Shown piece by piece: positions 26,206 to 39,949 of a DNA stretch of 64,000 nucleotides. Source of the stretch: the human T2T-CHM13v2.0 reference genome, Homo sapiens; NCBI RefSeq assembly GCF_009914755.1, contig NC_060931.1; one strand, 5' to 3'. The notes beneath the pieces were generated by a model. The model was not told where the DNA came from. It was given only the letters and a program-made list of their open reading frames with translations, and did no database searches. How positions within the stretch are numbered: position 1 is the stretch's first letter; every line of letters begins with the position of its first letter. The position numbers and the translations under genes were made by a program.

Positions 26206-29200
26206 AAATTAACCAAGGGATCGGCAGTCCTACAGAAGAGGAAAACCTCTTTTGGGAGGACACACTGCTCTGGTCTTGCCGAGTCCTCCTTCTGACTGTG
26301 ATATGTTTTTGCCTCAGGAATGTCAGATGAGGTCTCAGACAAGGTTCTAGACAAGGGAAAGCACAATATTAAACAAATAATAATGATGGGTCTTCAACCA
26401 AGTTTTCATTTCCTCTGATAATCCAATTCCATCATCCTATCAGCCTAATTGTTATCCTATTTAGTTTTCATGGCCACTTTTCCTTCTAACTTCTAATGGG
26501 TTACAAAACATAGTTAAGATTATGAGCTGATAATTCCTATCAATTATTAAATGTTTTCATGTGAGCCGAGTATTATAAGTGATATTCATAGTCAGAATTC
26601 TTGGAGACCGCTACTTTTCACCTTGCAACTGAGGTGTATTTTGTATTCATAATCCTTGCTCTTTGCTATGCCCTGGCCTGTTCCTGAACTCTCTCTTTGT
26701 CTGCTTTTCCAAGCCTCCTCTGTCCCCATCCATCTGGCACTCACATACCCCCTCACTTCTGCTTCCACCTCTCTCCAGCAGGCTCACTGCTTGGTGCAGA
26801 TGGAGAGATACTTTTGAAGTTTTCAGGAAATCCTCTCAAGGGCAGTGAAACAATTTGTCTGTGAGCAGAGATGATACTGAATGCATTGGAATGGAGGTAA
26901 AATTTAGAATATCCAAGGGAAAAATGCGTTAGTTAAAATAGAGGATGATTTTTAAAATAATTTTCAGGAGTAATGGGAAATAAAGATTTTCAAGGTGTGC
27001 CAGAGCTAACAAACCACAGCATATGACAAGAGCTCCTACAATTGCTAAGAAATAAAATGCAAGAATATATTTTATTCTCTTCCAAATACAAATTCAATGA
27101 TGTGCTTTGAATCAGTACATGAAAATACTCAGGTTGCAAAGATTCTGTGAAAAATGGTAATCTGTAGGGGCTTATGCATTAATCCTTACCTGAGGCATGC
27201 TTTTGCATGTTTAGTATAAATTATTCTTTATAAAATTGCACTGAGCATAATAGGACATGTAGCTTGTAACTAGGTTAACAAACAATAGATTAATAGCATT
27301 TCATATCATTCACAGATAACTAAAAAGTCAAAAACCCAAAATATTAATAAAGAATTTAGAAAACATTACTTCAAATAGAAGTCAAATTCATGTTTTGGAA
27401 AATACTAGTATTATCTCAATAATTTCAGAGGGCAGAAGTCTCACCAAGACAACTGAACAATGTAAATATGTCTTTATAATTCTTCATTTTCTAGTTTGAA
27501 GTTGTAAAAAAAACTTCATAGGAAGAAAAACACAGTCTCCTGCAACAATGTGAGTTACTAATGAGTCCACTGCTTCCTCAATCTCACACAACATTCTAGA
27601 CAAATGCCTCAGCCAGTGCTATTGAGTGACATCAGCTCACATTGCAATATATTTTCTGATGTGTATAATAAATTACAAATACTTAATAATTTATCATGGT
27701 TGCTTTGAGAGCATCACACAGCACTTAGCATCTAACTCAAAATAACTATTGCCCTTCTCACAACAAATTCCAAAGCCCTCATTTTTCTACTTACTATGCT
27801 AATTAACATTCCTTTTAATCTTCTTCTTTAATTTATCCTGTAAATTTTAAAATAGCATCTTAGAAAGAAACTTAAGGGTAATCTTGGGTCAACCTTACCA
27901 GTGCAGGAATCTCACTAGCATCTCTAAAAGATGGCCATAAATGATTTTTTCTATTCTCAAGACTGTTTTATGTTGGTTGGTAGGTTGACTACTTTGTTTA
28001 GTTTGCCTTTGCTATGAGTCTTTCTTTAGAATCTATTAAGTTAATTGTGGCATTCGGACATTTATTTAAAGGGCAGTGGAAACCAAAGTGTGTAAAGGCT
28101 AATACTCCTCAATGCCAAAAGTAAGGAAGTTAAGAAAGGTCAATCAATGATTAAATTGTTTATCATTAGTTAATATAAAATAAAGGATGTATTTTTAGCT
28201 GACAAACTAAATTCAAGGTTGGCACTACACAAAAAAAATCACAGACAACTGAATAAAGAATTACCACAGTATTAGTTATTTAAGACACGTTCCTGTGTAT
28301 CCATGGTTGATCAACACACAGGATTCTGAGAAAAATTATTTTATAAAAGCATGGTGCTCACCTTAAAGAGTACACTATCTTGCTAGAGAAAATAGACATA
28401 CATATTAAGGCATATTATTGCATTCAAAGGGTAGCAGGTAAATAATATACAAATATGCCTAGAGACTACAAATTAAGTTTAATGAAATGAGTTAAGCACT
28501 TTCTTCTCTCCACTTTCTTGGAGAGGTTCAGGTCTTACAAATTAGGATATGTGAAAAAAGAATAATAGTCCCTTATAGCCAGGCAGGGGTGAATATTATA
28601 GGTCACATAAAGAAGAAAAATTCAAAAGAACTCTCAGAAATGAATTTGTGTGATTCAGATTGTGGAGGCAAGAAAGAGAGAGATAGATGGATTCCCTCAA
28701 ATGTCCGATTAAGACAAGATTGGCTATGAAATGAAGTAGAGATCTCAGGTTGTGGAGTTATATCATATCAAGAAGCAGTAAGTTAAGAGAGCTGTCAGAG
28801 TTCTAGTGGCTGAAACCTATCCCTATCCAGGAAAGGCTAAAACCAGAATGAGGATGACTCTGATAGTGAAAAGCCCAAGATTCTTTCTCTAAGGAATTAT
28901 GTGTGCTGACTCCTAGAAAGACCCATCCTCTCACAGTTACAAGAATGACGCCTTCAGCATCACAAACACAGCTGCAATGTGGCTTAGCCCCCAGCAGAAT
29001 GCAATTGACAGAAACACATTTATCTTCCTCTCCTCCAGAAAATATTTTTAAAGGGACTGGATTCAAAGCTACAGAAAAGCAAGGGGAGGGCTCCTTTAGG
29101 TTGTACAGTCAGGTGCGAAGAGCAATGCAGGCAAATAGTACATCCTGGAAAGAGTTAAGAACATAGATTAAGGATTGGATGAATGTTATCTGGAAATTTC

Positions 29201-29424
29201 CTCTAGTCAGGTAAAAGCTGAACACACCAAGCTCTATGACTTGGTCCAGTCTCTGTTCCGTTCACACTTCACTGGCTACTTTTAACTATTCTCTATGTAG
29301 CCTTCTCTGAACCCACATTTACCAATCCCAATTAAATTCTCACAGCACCTGGTGTTCTTAGCACTAATCACAGCTTATAGGTCAATAACTCTGGACATAC
29401 CGGCTGATAATGTAGGAGGACAGT

Positions 29425-29735
29425 GGGGAAGTCAAGGGCTCTGTGCTGTGGAGAGAAATGCTAGGGTTCAAATCTTGGTTCCAACAATTCCTAGTTGTAA
29501 ATAAATGTATTTCATACCTCATAATGTTATTGTAAAGATTAACAACCAGTACATGTAAAGGATGCAGAAAAATGTCTGTCATGTAATATGTGCTCAATAA
29601 ATATGGGGTAACATCATCCATGGACCCATGAGAGCAGGAACCATGTCTGTTTCATTCTCTATCACCTCTCTGGGACTAGCACAATGTTTGGGAAGTAGCA
29701 GAGCTTAGTGAATACATGTGGAGGGCATGAATACT
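29425..29735 (+). mobile_element. MIR followed by an L2 3' end (donor of the local duplication)
   Basis: agggttcaaatcttggttcc...gtgctcaataaatat (MIR end), then ccatgagagcaggaaccatgtctgtttcattc...ctagcacaatg (L2 end). Confidence 0.75.
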
Positions 29736-30823
29736 TAATCACTTCATTCTTTGCTACCCATTAAGCCCTTGATATATTTGTTGATACATGTTTACTGTGT
29801 CTCCTTATTCCCCAGTTGCTAGGGGTAAGACATTGTTCCTTTTGTATGCCCCACACAACTCTTCATGATGTTGATACTTAAACTTAACCAAGTTCTTTCC
29901 CAAATACTTAAGGAGTCAGATTTAGAGAAATGTGGATGGAGGCAAAATCCCCTGGAGTTCTCAACTGTGCTATCAAGATGCTTCTACATTATAAAATGGA
30001 TATAAAAATACATAGCTCTAGTATATATTTAAGAAGGCAAAAAAATGGTTTATTCCTCTAACTTATCAACTGAGAGTCTTTCAGCCACAAAATGTAATTA
30101 TTTAGCCCCACTCTAAATCATTCATAAAAATGTTCAGTGATGGGTCTCCACAGCATGCTTATGACTTTTTAAAATTGATTTTAATAATGGTGTACATGGA
30201 GGTTAAACCACAGAGTTAAAAATGAACATACTGGCAATATCTAAGCCAGAGAAATAGCAATACAAAAAAATTGAAAGGCAAATGAATAAAATATATCTTC
30301 AAATGACTGGCAATATTAAAGTCAAAAAACATTAAATAGTATGAGATTACACTTAAGGGTCAGAGACAGAAATCTCAGATTCTTTGTACCTGTAGTTAGG
30401 GTCAAAAGAGAGACAGTAAACACTTACATGGGTCAAATGAGACATGGGCAGAAACTAGAATGGCTGGTTGGTAGGACTGGATCTAAAGGAGGTAGTCTTT
30501 TCTGTGATATAATTTCTAGCTTTCTGAGAGAGTCTTTGCCTTCATAAGCAATATTACTTAGCATAAATCTCACAGTTAGAGCTTAATTTCTTTGACTAAG
30601 ATAGTGTATGTTTCTCAAAGAGGAATACTTTGACTCCTTGGAGGTTTGGAGCCATGTGTCAAAAGATTGTGCAAAGCCACAGGATAAACATAGCTTATTT
30701 TCCTGCAAATTATGTTTTTCTTAAATATTGGAAGCATAGGGAGATGAACGTTTTAACTGGTAGTAATTTAGATCATTCGTTTATTTAACAAATGAATAAA
30801 TTATGCTGTAGAATGCAAATCTT

Positions 30824-30969
30824 GTACATGTAAAGAATGCAGAAAAATGTCTGTCATGTAATATGTGCTCAATAAATATAGGGTAACATCATCTATGGAC
30901 CCATGAGAGCAGGAACCATGTCTGTTTCATTCTCTGTCACCTCTCTGGGACTAGCACAATGTTTGGGAA
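30824..30969 (+). repeat. 146-bp direct copy of 29549-29694, flanked by a 17-bp direct repeat
   Basis: Ungapped, 142/146 identical, offset 1275 bp. GTAGAATGCAAATCTTG at 30808-30824 and 30976-30992. Confidence 0.97.
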
Positions 30970-32241
30970 ATCTCAGTAGAATGCAAATCTTGCATTCTAC
31001 ATTTTTAAAAACAAAGCATGAAACTACAGAGAGGCATCATGTTTGTGTAGATCACTTTAGGGTACCTAGGGCTTTAGGTTGAAGAGGGAAACTTCCATGG
31101 CAAAGACGCAAAAACAAGAGGGAAAGGAAATGAAGGACACAAAGACACAGTTCACTGTTTTGGCTGAGACCCAGAACTCCTTAGCTCAGAACTACTAACA
31201 GCAAAGGTGGCAGAGATACCATGGTAGAGTCTGCAAAATGCAAACTTACTAGAACTGGAAATCTTCAACACCTAGGCAGGATGGCAGCAACTAAAGCTCA
31301 CAAAACACTAGAAAAGTATGTTATCAGAGTTGAGGAGATGCTATGTGGACATGGGGGAGGAGAAGAACAATTTCAAGGTCTGAATGAGACAAAGGCCAGA
31401 GCATCAGATCTGCAGTTACTTGTCAACTCACTGAATGGTGAGGGATGCAAAGGCACAGGTGTGCACACTAGCAAGGTTCAGAAGTGAATTTTGACAATTG
31501 TGTGTTAGAGATGATAACAGTTCAACTGAGATGACAAGGAAATTGCTTATAGATGTCCACATGAACTTACCACATCAGAAAACAATACATATGTATACCT
31601 TTGAAACCACATTTTCCAACCCTACTCACTTTCCCAGGCTTGATGCCACCTCTGTGTTTTCCTCCTCCTCTCATCCTAAATAAACCTTGTTCCTCAATAT
31701 AAACTCAGAAAGCAGTTTCGTCTATAGGTTCAGTGTTTTCAGGGGCAGCAGAGATTCAGACAGGGTAAGCTCATCATTTTTACCTCTTCATTCACCAGCG
31801 TAAGTGTGCTTGCTCTCAGACAAACATTACCACTACCAAGCCTGAATTACTCTATCTGGGCTAGCAACAATGGCAGTATTAAGAAAAGATAAAAACCATC
31901 TAAATCATGCTGCTTGGAACTAGTTATAACCACCTTTCCAGACACACAGATACGTTTCCATGATTAAAGTATAATGTGGTTGGCTGAAAGGAACTCAGAA
32001 AATGATCGATATTTGAACTTAAAACGTTTGATCACTTGTCCTGTGATTTTTTTTCTTAAAACTCAACTCACATTGTATTTGTAAGAACACAGGGAAAGAG
32101 CTGAGTAACAGGACCTAGAGGAGATTTTTCTTTCCTATCACTTTTCATGATGGATAGGCTCCTTAGGAAAGAGAAAGTATTTAAGGGCTTGCCACGACTC
32201 CAGTCATGTTTTAACCTCATTTTATAACCCGTCAATAGGAT

Positions 32242-34259
32242 TGTGTTACAGACTATCTGACTCCCCCCACTATCCGCTCTTCACTCTCCCTTTTAGTTAT
32301 AGAATTCCCTGAATTTTATTTAGGCAAATGGCTATCCCACTGGAGACTACACCTCCCTACTTCCAACAGCCTTCTTTGCACCTCGGAGTGGTTAAAGGAC
32401 TAAGTCTTGGCCAATAAGGTATAACTAGGAAGGATGTGTATACCTTTCAGCTCATGTTTCCTAAGGACAATGTTCACCCTCCACTTTCTCTCCCACTTGC
32501 CCCTTCCTGCAGACTGGAATGTGAGCAGGATTGTGGGAGCCAGTTTCAGTGCTGCAGCTGAGAGCAACCCCCGGGGACTCAGCAGAGTAACAAACAGAAG
32601 GAATCGGGGCTTTCTCTAATCAATGTTGCAGAGAAGAAGTACCCACCCATCCTGGGCCACCTACCCACCTTGATTGAGACCATTGGGTAAAAAAGAAAGA
32701 AATTTCTAGCTTGTTTAAGCTACTTTCACAAATCTCTGTTACAGCAGTTTAGCCTGTATTCTAATATACAGTTTCTACCTAGAAGTGGGTATTGCCATAA
32801 CAATATCTGAGACCAGGGTCACAGGCTGTAAGGACAGAGATACAGATATTGACAGCTGGAAAGCTGAGGACTCCTGCTAGAAAAGCCAACTTTTTCTGTT
32901 CCCCAAGCAGTACAAGGTAAGACTGTTGCTCAGAGCATCCTTCAAGAATCTCCTATATTCTCCTAGGCCACACAATGGCAGCCAGTTCAAACATTCAGGT
33001 AGGGCAGGCCTGGATTTCCCATTCGAGCCTATTGCTTCAGATGACCTCAAGGAAGAAGCCCTTAAACTGAGGGAGTTAGGAGTGGGCTCCAAACCAATAA
33101 ATAAGCTACAAAGCCAATAAATCAAAAGGTAGTTAAAAACTACAGCCAAAGGCTACTTTAATGTGGAACTGGAAGCAGACAGACTGGAATTTTTGCGGGT
33201 ATTACATTGCCAAAGAAAACAAAAACCTGGCTGACAGAGCTAGTGACTGTTGAATCACTAAACCAAATCTCAGGTTCCCAAACCTGCACCAGTAGAAAGC
33301 AAGCTGTACAAGGAGGGAAGCTACCAATGAGGGCATATTATCTAACACCCACCACAGATGTGGCCACAAAAGACAGAGGCCATCAAGGACAATGGACAGG
33401 GAGTTATACCCAGAGAGTGAGTTTGGATTGGCCAAGATGACCTAATAAAGACTGCCAAGTAGTTCTTGCCCAGAGAAATGTAATAACAACAACAACAAAG
33501 CGCTAACTCCTACTGACTAGATTATGCTGTTTGCCTCCTCCTCTTTTCCCTTTCCAAGTAGGGATTTCATGGCAGATAACTTGTCCTTTAGTGCCGGGGT
33601 CACTGGAGGCACATCCACCCTGATAGAGAGGCCTAGACATATCCCAGAGACCTGGACTCTCAGCTGGGTGCAGTAAATAAATGGGCTTTGGTTTGCCTCT
33701 TTGGGAAGAAGGTGGGCATATCCTCTACGTGGGATGAAGGGTAGGAAGGGATACTTAGATGCTAGGGAGACAAGCTGTGAACAGAGACTATTCATTATCT
33801 CCCATGTCCATTCTTCTCTTGTCCTTTTAGATAAGGAACTACCAGAAAGGTGGCTCAGTAAGAGCCTACATTTCATAACCCCCTCTTGTAGCTAACTAGA
33901 CATGGTCATATAACTACATTTTGGCCAATAAAATATGAATTTTAGCCAATGGTATACATGTTTATAAAGGAAATTTTTTGTCCTTAACTTTCTCTGTCCC
34001 TTCCCCTTCTCTGTCCCTTCCCCCTTCCCATGGGCCAGAATGCAGATGTGAAGGAGGGTGCCACCACTGAGCACATGGATGGGGACAGTTGCCTGGGGAT
34101 GCAGAGCAATGAGACAGAACCTGAGTTTCTGGTGACTTCATGGAGCCAAGCTGCCTACCCTCCCTGAAATGCCTTCCTAAACAACATCTATGTTGTTTGA
34201 AGTATTACATTTTGACATCTAATTTTTACAGCTGCCAAACCTGTACCCTAATTAATATA
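32242..34259 (+). mobile_element. Ancient MaLR provirus remnant (MLT1H/J-type): LTR 32242-32770, internal about 32771-33775, LTR 33776-34259
   Basis: Two similarly organised LTRs (ttggccaata; ttgtttaagctact...tctgttacagcag...taatataca versus tgttgtttgaagtatt...ttacagctgcc...taatata). The internal part starts ...acctagaagtgggtattgccataac, and a purine-rich tract precedes the second LTR. Confidence 0.65.
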
Positions 34260-34654
34260 GGAGAAAATTGGAAAGCAAAGTGGTTTGAGTGCAAAGTCTA
34301 TATATTGTGTATACATATGCATGAGCTAAAGGTGAGGACCTAGAAACTGTCACTTTAGAAAGAAGAGGTGGTTATAAGATAAAGTAGTAAGTGCATTAAA
34401 ATCCAGCATTCCTCACCAAAGCATAGCTAAGAAAATCCATTTGAATAAGTAAAACTATATTCAACTTGAAAACACTTTATCTTAAAAAAAGAATTGTAAA
34501 ATTAAGACAATTTTCTTCTTTTTCAATAGTTTAAAGCTAATAGTAAAATATCACTTGATCAACTCAAGAAGGAATCCCATAAAGTTATCTGAATTGATAA
34601 ATGGTTACATGTGCAAATATTTAGTAACAAATATCAGAAAATAAAATCACATAG

Positions 34655-34865
34655 TATACAGGCAGTTAAGTGCTCTGATTCTGAAAACAGATGGATCGTT
34701 TATACATCCTAGTTCTCCCAATTACAGGCAACCTGACCTTCAGCTACTTACCTAGACTCTCTAAGCCTCAGCTGTCTGTGCTTCAGTTTCCTGTGGATCA
34801 AATGAGATAATGTACAAAGCACTTGGGGCAATGCCCAGTTCATAGTATGATTTCAATTAATTTTG
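34655..34865 (+). mobile_element. MIR
   Basis: gcagttaagtgctctgattctg...ctctctaagcctcag...cttcagtttcc...gagataatgtacaaagcactt. Confidence 0.65.
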
Positions 34866-35069
34866 TCTAAAATCATTGCCACCTGATTGTAAAAATATCT
34901 CTATCAATCAGAAGATGGGCATCTTAACCATCATTGTTCTATGAGACTGACCTCTTTCTCAGGTTGGCAAGCCATAAAATGCCCAGTGCCTTGAGTTTTA
35001 ATGAAAGACACCAATTCAATCAGGGCATTCACTCATTTACCATGTGTATTGATACCTTAGCATGAAAAG

Positions 35070-35355
35070 CATGATCAATGTGATAAAATAAAAATATACT
35101 TCTAGGTTTGAGAAGCCAATTCCCATGTCACCCTTATTTAGCTGAGTCCACCTAAATAAGAACACCCAGTCTTTGAATTATCACTCCCTAATTGACTGAT
35201 ATTGGACAAGTCTCCACATATCTTTGAGACTAGGTTTCCTCATCTATAACATGGAAAAACAATATCTCCCTCATGGGTTGCTATGGGTATTAAATGAGAA
35301 AATTCAAGCACCTGGTTACTACTATGCCTAGAAAGAGTAAGCATTCAGATAATGG
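35070..35355 (+). mobile_element. MIR
   Basis: ttggacaagt...ggtttcctcatctataacatgg...tcatgggttgctatgggtattaaatgaga. Confidence 0.7.
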
Positions 35356-37141
35356 ATGACGGAAACTTTATTACTGCTATAGTTATGGCTACATAAAATA
35401 GTTAAATACCTCATCATAAGAAAATTGTGCCTGCATGTATTTGAGACCCACTGGTTGTAGGGTAAATGCTTTGTGCTATCTGTCTCATCATACTGATGGC
35501 CCATACTGACCACACATATTCATTCTCTCCCAATCTCAGTAGATACCAAAATGCTATTTTTGCAAGCCTGTTGTCCAGAGATGGGATGTATTCATGAAAC
35601 ACAGACTTCCTCCACTCTGTGAAGTCAAATAGCTTGCATGAGATTGCATCCACAACATTGTTTCTTATTAGTGTCACATTCTGTTCAACTAAGTTGACCA
35701 CTGCAGGCTAAGTGATAATTACAGCAATGTGTGTCATCCAGTATCCTCCAAAACTTAATGATTTTACAAACTAAAAGTATATCTGCAAAGAAAATGTTAT
35801 CTTAACCTTCAGGGAGCTGATTGGGACAATCAGTGTAATCATTTTACCAAACATCCAGGGTGGACCAGGGGCCTTTATCTTTCACCTGTAACATGAAGAT
35901 GAATCTGAAACTAAAGCACATGCTTGAAACTGAAGGGAAAATGAGTCTTTTTCTTTTCCGGATTAAAATAGAACCTTCCCACTAACCCCCACCTGCAATT
36001 CCAATTATTTATCCCATTTCTATCAGGGCAGAAGCTATTTAGCATGGCTTATTTAATCCATTGTTTTATCTTTATTTTTTAAATAATCAATTTTGCCCTG
36101 GCTAATGCATTTACAGTGTTTCCTCTTGCAGGTTTCTGATATAGTCACCACCCAGGTCTGACCTAGTTTTCTAAGCTGATTTTTCTCAGCCATGGAGCCT
36201 CTTGCTGAGTGGCTTCACAGTTCATCTGCTTCCATTCCCTAATGCCATGGTCCCTGAGACCATCTTGGCCGCATATGGTGGGCACTCACTGGAATGGTTA
36301 AAATTGCTACCCTCTTCACTGAGGCCTCAGAGGAGTATGTAGGTCCAACTCACACTGCTCAGCAGTGTCAGAGCTAAGACCAGAATCCATCAACTTTGTT
36401 GTCACCATGTAGACAAGAGCCCTTGATCCTCCATCACTCAAAACAAAATTAAAGATGAGCTCCCAATTGAAGTGTTCTACTGGTAACCTCATATAGGCAC
36501 AGACTTATTCCAGAACTCCTGGTTATGCTATAATATCCCTTGCTGTCTTCTATGATTGTCATTTGGGGTCAATTTGTTGTTGTTGTTGTTCCTTCTCTTC
36601 CTTTGAGGATGCTTTTGGATTTGTCCAGCTGGATTGTTTGGTCCTTGGCTGGTTGTCCCGGCTAAGAGCCCAGCCTGGAGCCAGTGCCCACTGTGTAAGC
36701 AATGCAGATGACATTGTCGAAAAAGGGACTCTGTAGAGCATTGTTTGCTTAGTTGGCCCCTTTCTAGCTATCTGTTTGCAACTACCTTGATAAAAAGGTG
36801 CTGATAATGAGGGACAGAGTTTTATACATTTTAGTTAATCATCTCCGCAGCAGGTTTTTATACAGGATGGTGATCAATGTTGAAATTCTACCTATCTGCC
36901 CACACTGACTCATTAGTCATGAGCATTTGTCATCATACATGGGGACTTCCCAGTGCCCTGCACTGCTTTGGCCATGTGCTTAGGAAACACTGGGCCAAAG
37001 GACATCTATCCAGTGGACGTTTTCAATCTCAGCAGAAACAATTCTAATTCTGCACTTCCTGAAATAAAATCTTGCCATAATCAAAGCAAGAAAATTAAAT
37101 CCCTTCCTAGAAATAAAATATACTTATTTGAAAGTGTTTCA

Positions 37142-37504
<363 letters not shown>

Positions 37505-38779
37505 TTAACTTTTACTTCCAGAAAAATAGCAAACAAGATAATACTCAAATGCAACCGTGGTTGCAGAATCTATAAACCCAAAAGTCTGAGAGATTTACAA
37601 ATAATCAATATTATAAACAAAAATCACATCTACCTAGAAACATTTCTTTTAAAAAAATCTGCTGGCAAGTCCCTCCACTCTTACCTCAGGTGGGCCATAA
37701 ATATTTTCTTCCAAATATATAGGATAACCAGAAACTTTCTCTTTCTTTAAACAACAAAAATTGGTTTATAATTAAAATGCACTTTGGCATACCTTTCTGC
37801 AATATTTTCCTCACTTGAGTTGGAGTAAAAACTTGAGAGAATTAGCAAAGCCTGTTAACCTCATGAATTGGGTAGTGAATTTGGCAAGGTGACTTCTCCA
37901 GACTTTCAAAAAGAATCAGGCAGGAAAACTACTTTCTGGATGTTTTGATTACATGAGCAAGCAAATTTCCAAGCATCTACACTCCCAATAATCAAGTGAT
38001 AGTATGGAAGGCCATCGTTACTATATTGAGAACGTATCTATTTTTTAAGTGTCAAAACTGCCCGATAATGAAATACTTGCCGTGTGGTCCAAGATAACCA
38101 CCTGGCAGGCCTACATGCTATTATTTTTTTTCCATTCTGCATGTCTTTTGTCCTCTCTTCTTTATATCACTTGCCCACTTCAGACTATGAAAGTTGCTTG
38201 AGGGCTGAGCCCATATTGCCAATAATTCATTATAATTGGAAGCAGTGGGTGCTTAAGCACTCATTACCTGACAAGGAACATCACAGTAACAAGCTCAGTT
38301 TAGAGGTCAGTGTTAACAAGGCCAAGGTCCTAGACCTGAGATGGGTGGATGTGGACGTTTGCTCTGCTCCATGACAATAAGCCAAATACCTTGGTCTGTG
38401 CTACTGCTCGCCCGGCATGCAGCAGGGAGGTGCAGAGCATGAGGAGTATGTGAATGTCCTAGTCCAAGTCCCCAGTGCAGCTAGGATTGGAGAAGTATAA
38501 TTAAATATTGCTCAGCCCAGAAGAATCAGGGTGTGGTCCAGGTCAGAAACAGGCAGAGTGAAGATGAGACTCACCGGTGCTAACCTTTCTTTCCTTTGCT
38601 AACACATTCAAGTGACAGCCACACTTCCACCAGTAGCACAGACTCATGAGAACTGGTCATTAAACAGAGAGTACTCTCACTGGGCAGGTGAAGGGGGATA
38701 TGTCCATTATTGTGAGAGGTTCATGTTTTGACAAAAGGATCCTGATACTGATACCCAATACTGAGTTGAAATTCAGTCA

Positions 38780-38930
38780 AGTAGAGCGGCACATATGAAT
38801 CACTTGGGGATCTTATTAGAATACAAATTCTACTCAATATGTCTCAGGTGGGACCTGACTAATAAGCTCCCAAGTGATGCCAAAGCTGCTGGGCCTTTGG
38901 CTCTCTCTTTGAAAAGCAAGATTCTAGATT
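38780..38930. mobile_element. MER5-family (hAT-Charlie) MITE
   Basis: gaatcacttggggatcttattagaatacaaattct...ggtgggacctga...taataagctcccaagtgatgcc. Confidence 0.7.
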
Positions 38931-39949
38931 TTATCAGATCGGCAGGTGTAAGGGAATCCTGGACCCCATGAAACTGGAGGTTCAGAAACATCTGAAGAAA
39001 CTGACAAATTACTAATGGTCAGAGTCACCAAGTTTTCAGGAATCCAGAGATCACACCAGTCACAATCACTCAAAAGATGCCAGAATTCAGTCCCAACCAG
39101 TGCCCTGGGTTTCTGAGTCCCTTTTTTCTCTCTCCACTACCCAGAGCAAGCAGCCAGGGACTGTGGGACACATGGCAGAGCCCTGATCTTGTGGGCACAG
39201 GCAGATCAAAGTAGCTAAAGATGATGCTAAAGAGACAGGTGTGGTAGGCACCAATAGGAGGCTAGGAAGTCAAGGTCCTCCAATCTCAGACCCCTGTCTT
39301 AAGGGTAAGATCAAAGGCTGGCACAAAACTTACAGATCATTTTATACAAAAGTTGGTATATGCTTGGGGCCTTGTGGGACATCTTCTCCATATCAAATCC
39401 ATTAAATCATTGGCCCAGACTCCATTTGTCTTTAACAGGAAGGAATAGCTCTTGGGGTGATTCAAGGTGAAACCTTATCCATTTCTTCCCTCTCTCTCAT
39501 TGACGCCGTGTATGTGCAAGGTGGTGAGGCAGCCGAAATTAGGACTATAGAGTCCTTCATGTTCACAGAACAAGTGCTGCAAATGGGTGTGAGTCAGCCT
39601 TGAGCTCAATCGAGAGTAAACAGACAAATTTACATTCATATATGGATTTAGACATTTGTCAAATATTTGCTAAAAGAGCATTTCACTTGTCTAAGGAAGG
39701 CATAGCCTTAATATTTTTCTTTCTTTCTAAAGGACTCGTTTCACCCACGTGCTTGATGAAAGTTTAAATATAAAATGCCTGAGATGAAAATGTATATTAA
39801 TATTTTTCTGTCTTTCCAGGTAGATCTGCTGACCTCCTTCTTGTGCTAAATCTATTAACAAGCAAATAAAGCTGAGGTCCTTAGATCAGTACTATAGCCA
39901 AGAGATACTAATAGTACCCATCAAAATCAGATGTTAAGCCTGTCCAGAG

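Noticed and set aside
30808-30992. Retrotransposition (L1-mediated TPRT) as the origin of the 146-bp copy, given the TSD-like 17-mer
   Set aside because: There is no poly(A)/poly(T) tail or TT/AAAA endonuclease site, and the donor is only 1.3 kb away. Repair-templated copying fits better.
33990-34025. Short perfect tandem duplications (ttctctgtcccttcccc x2; also about 4482, 7460 and 55589)
   Set aside because: Ordinary replication-slippage events with no further structure.
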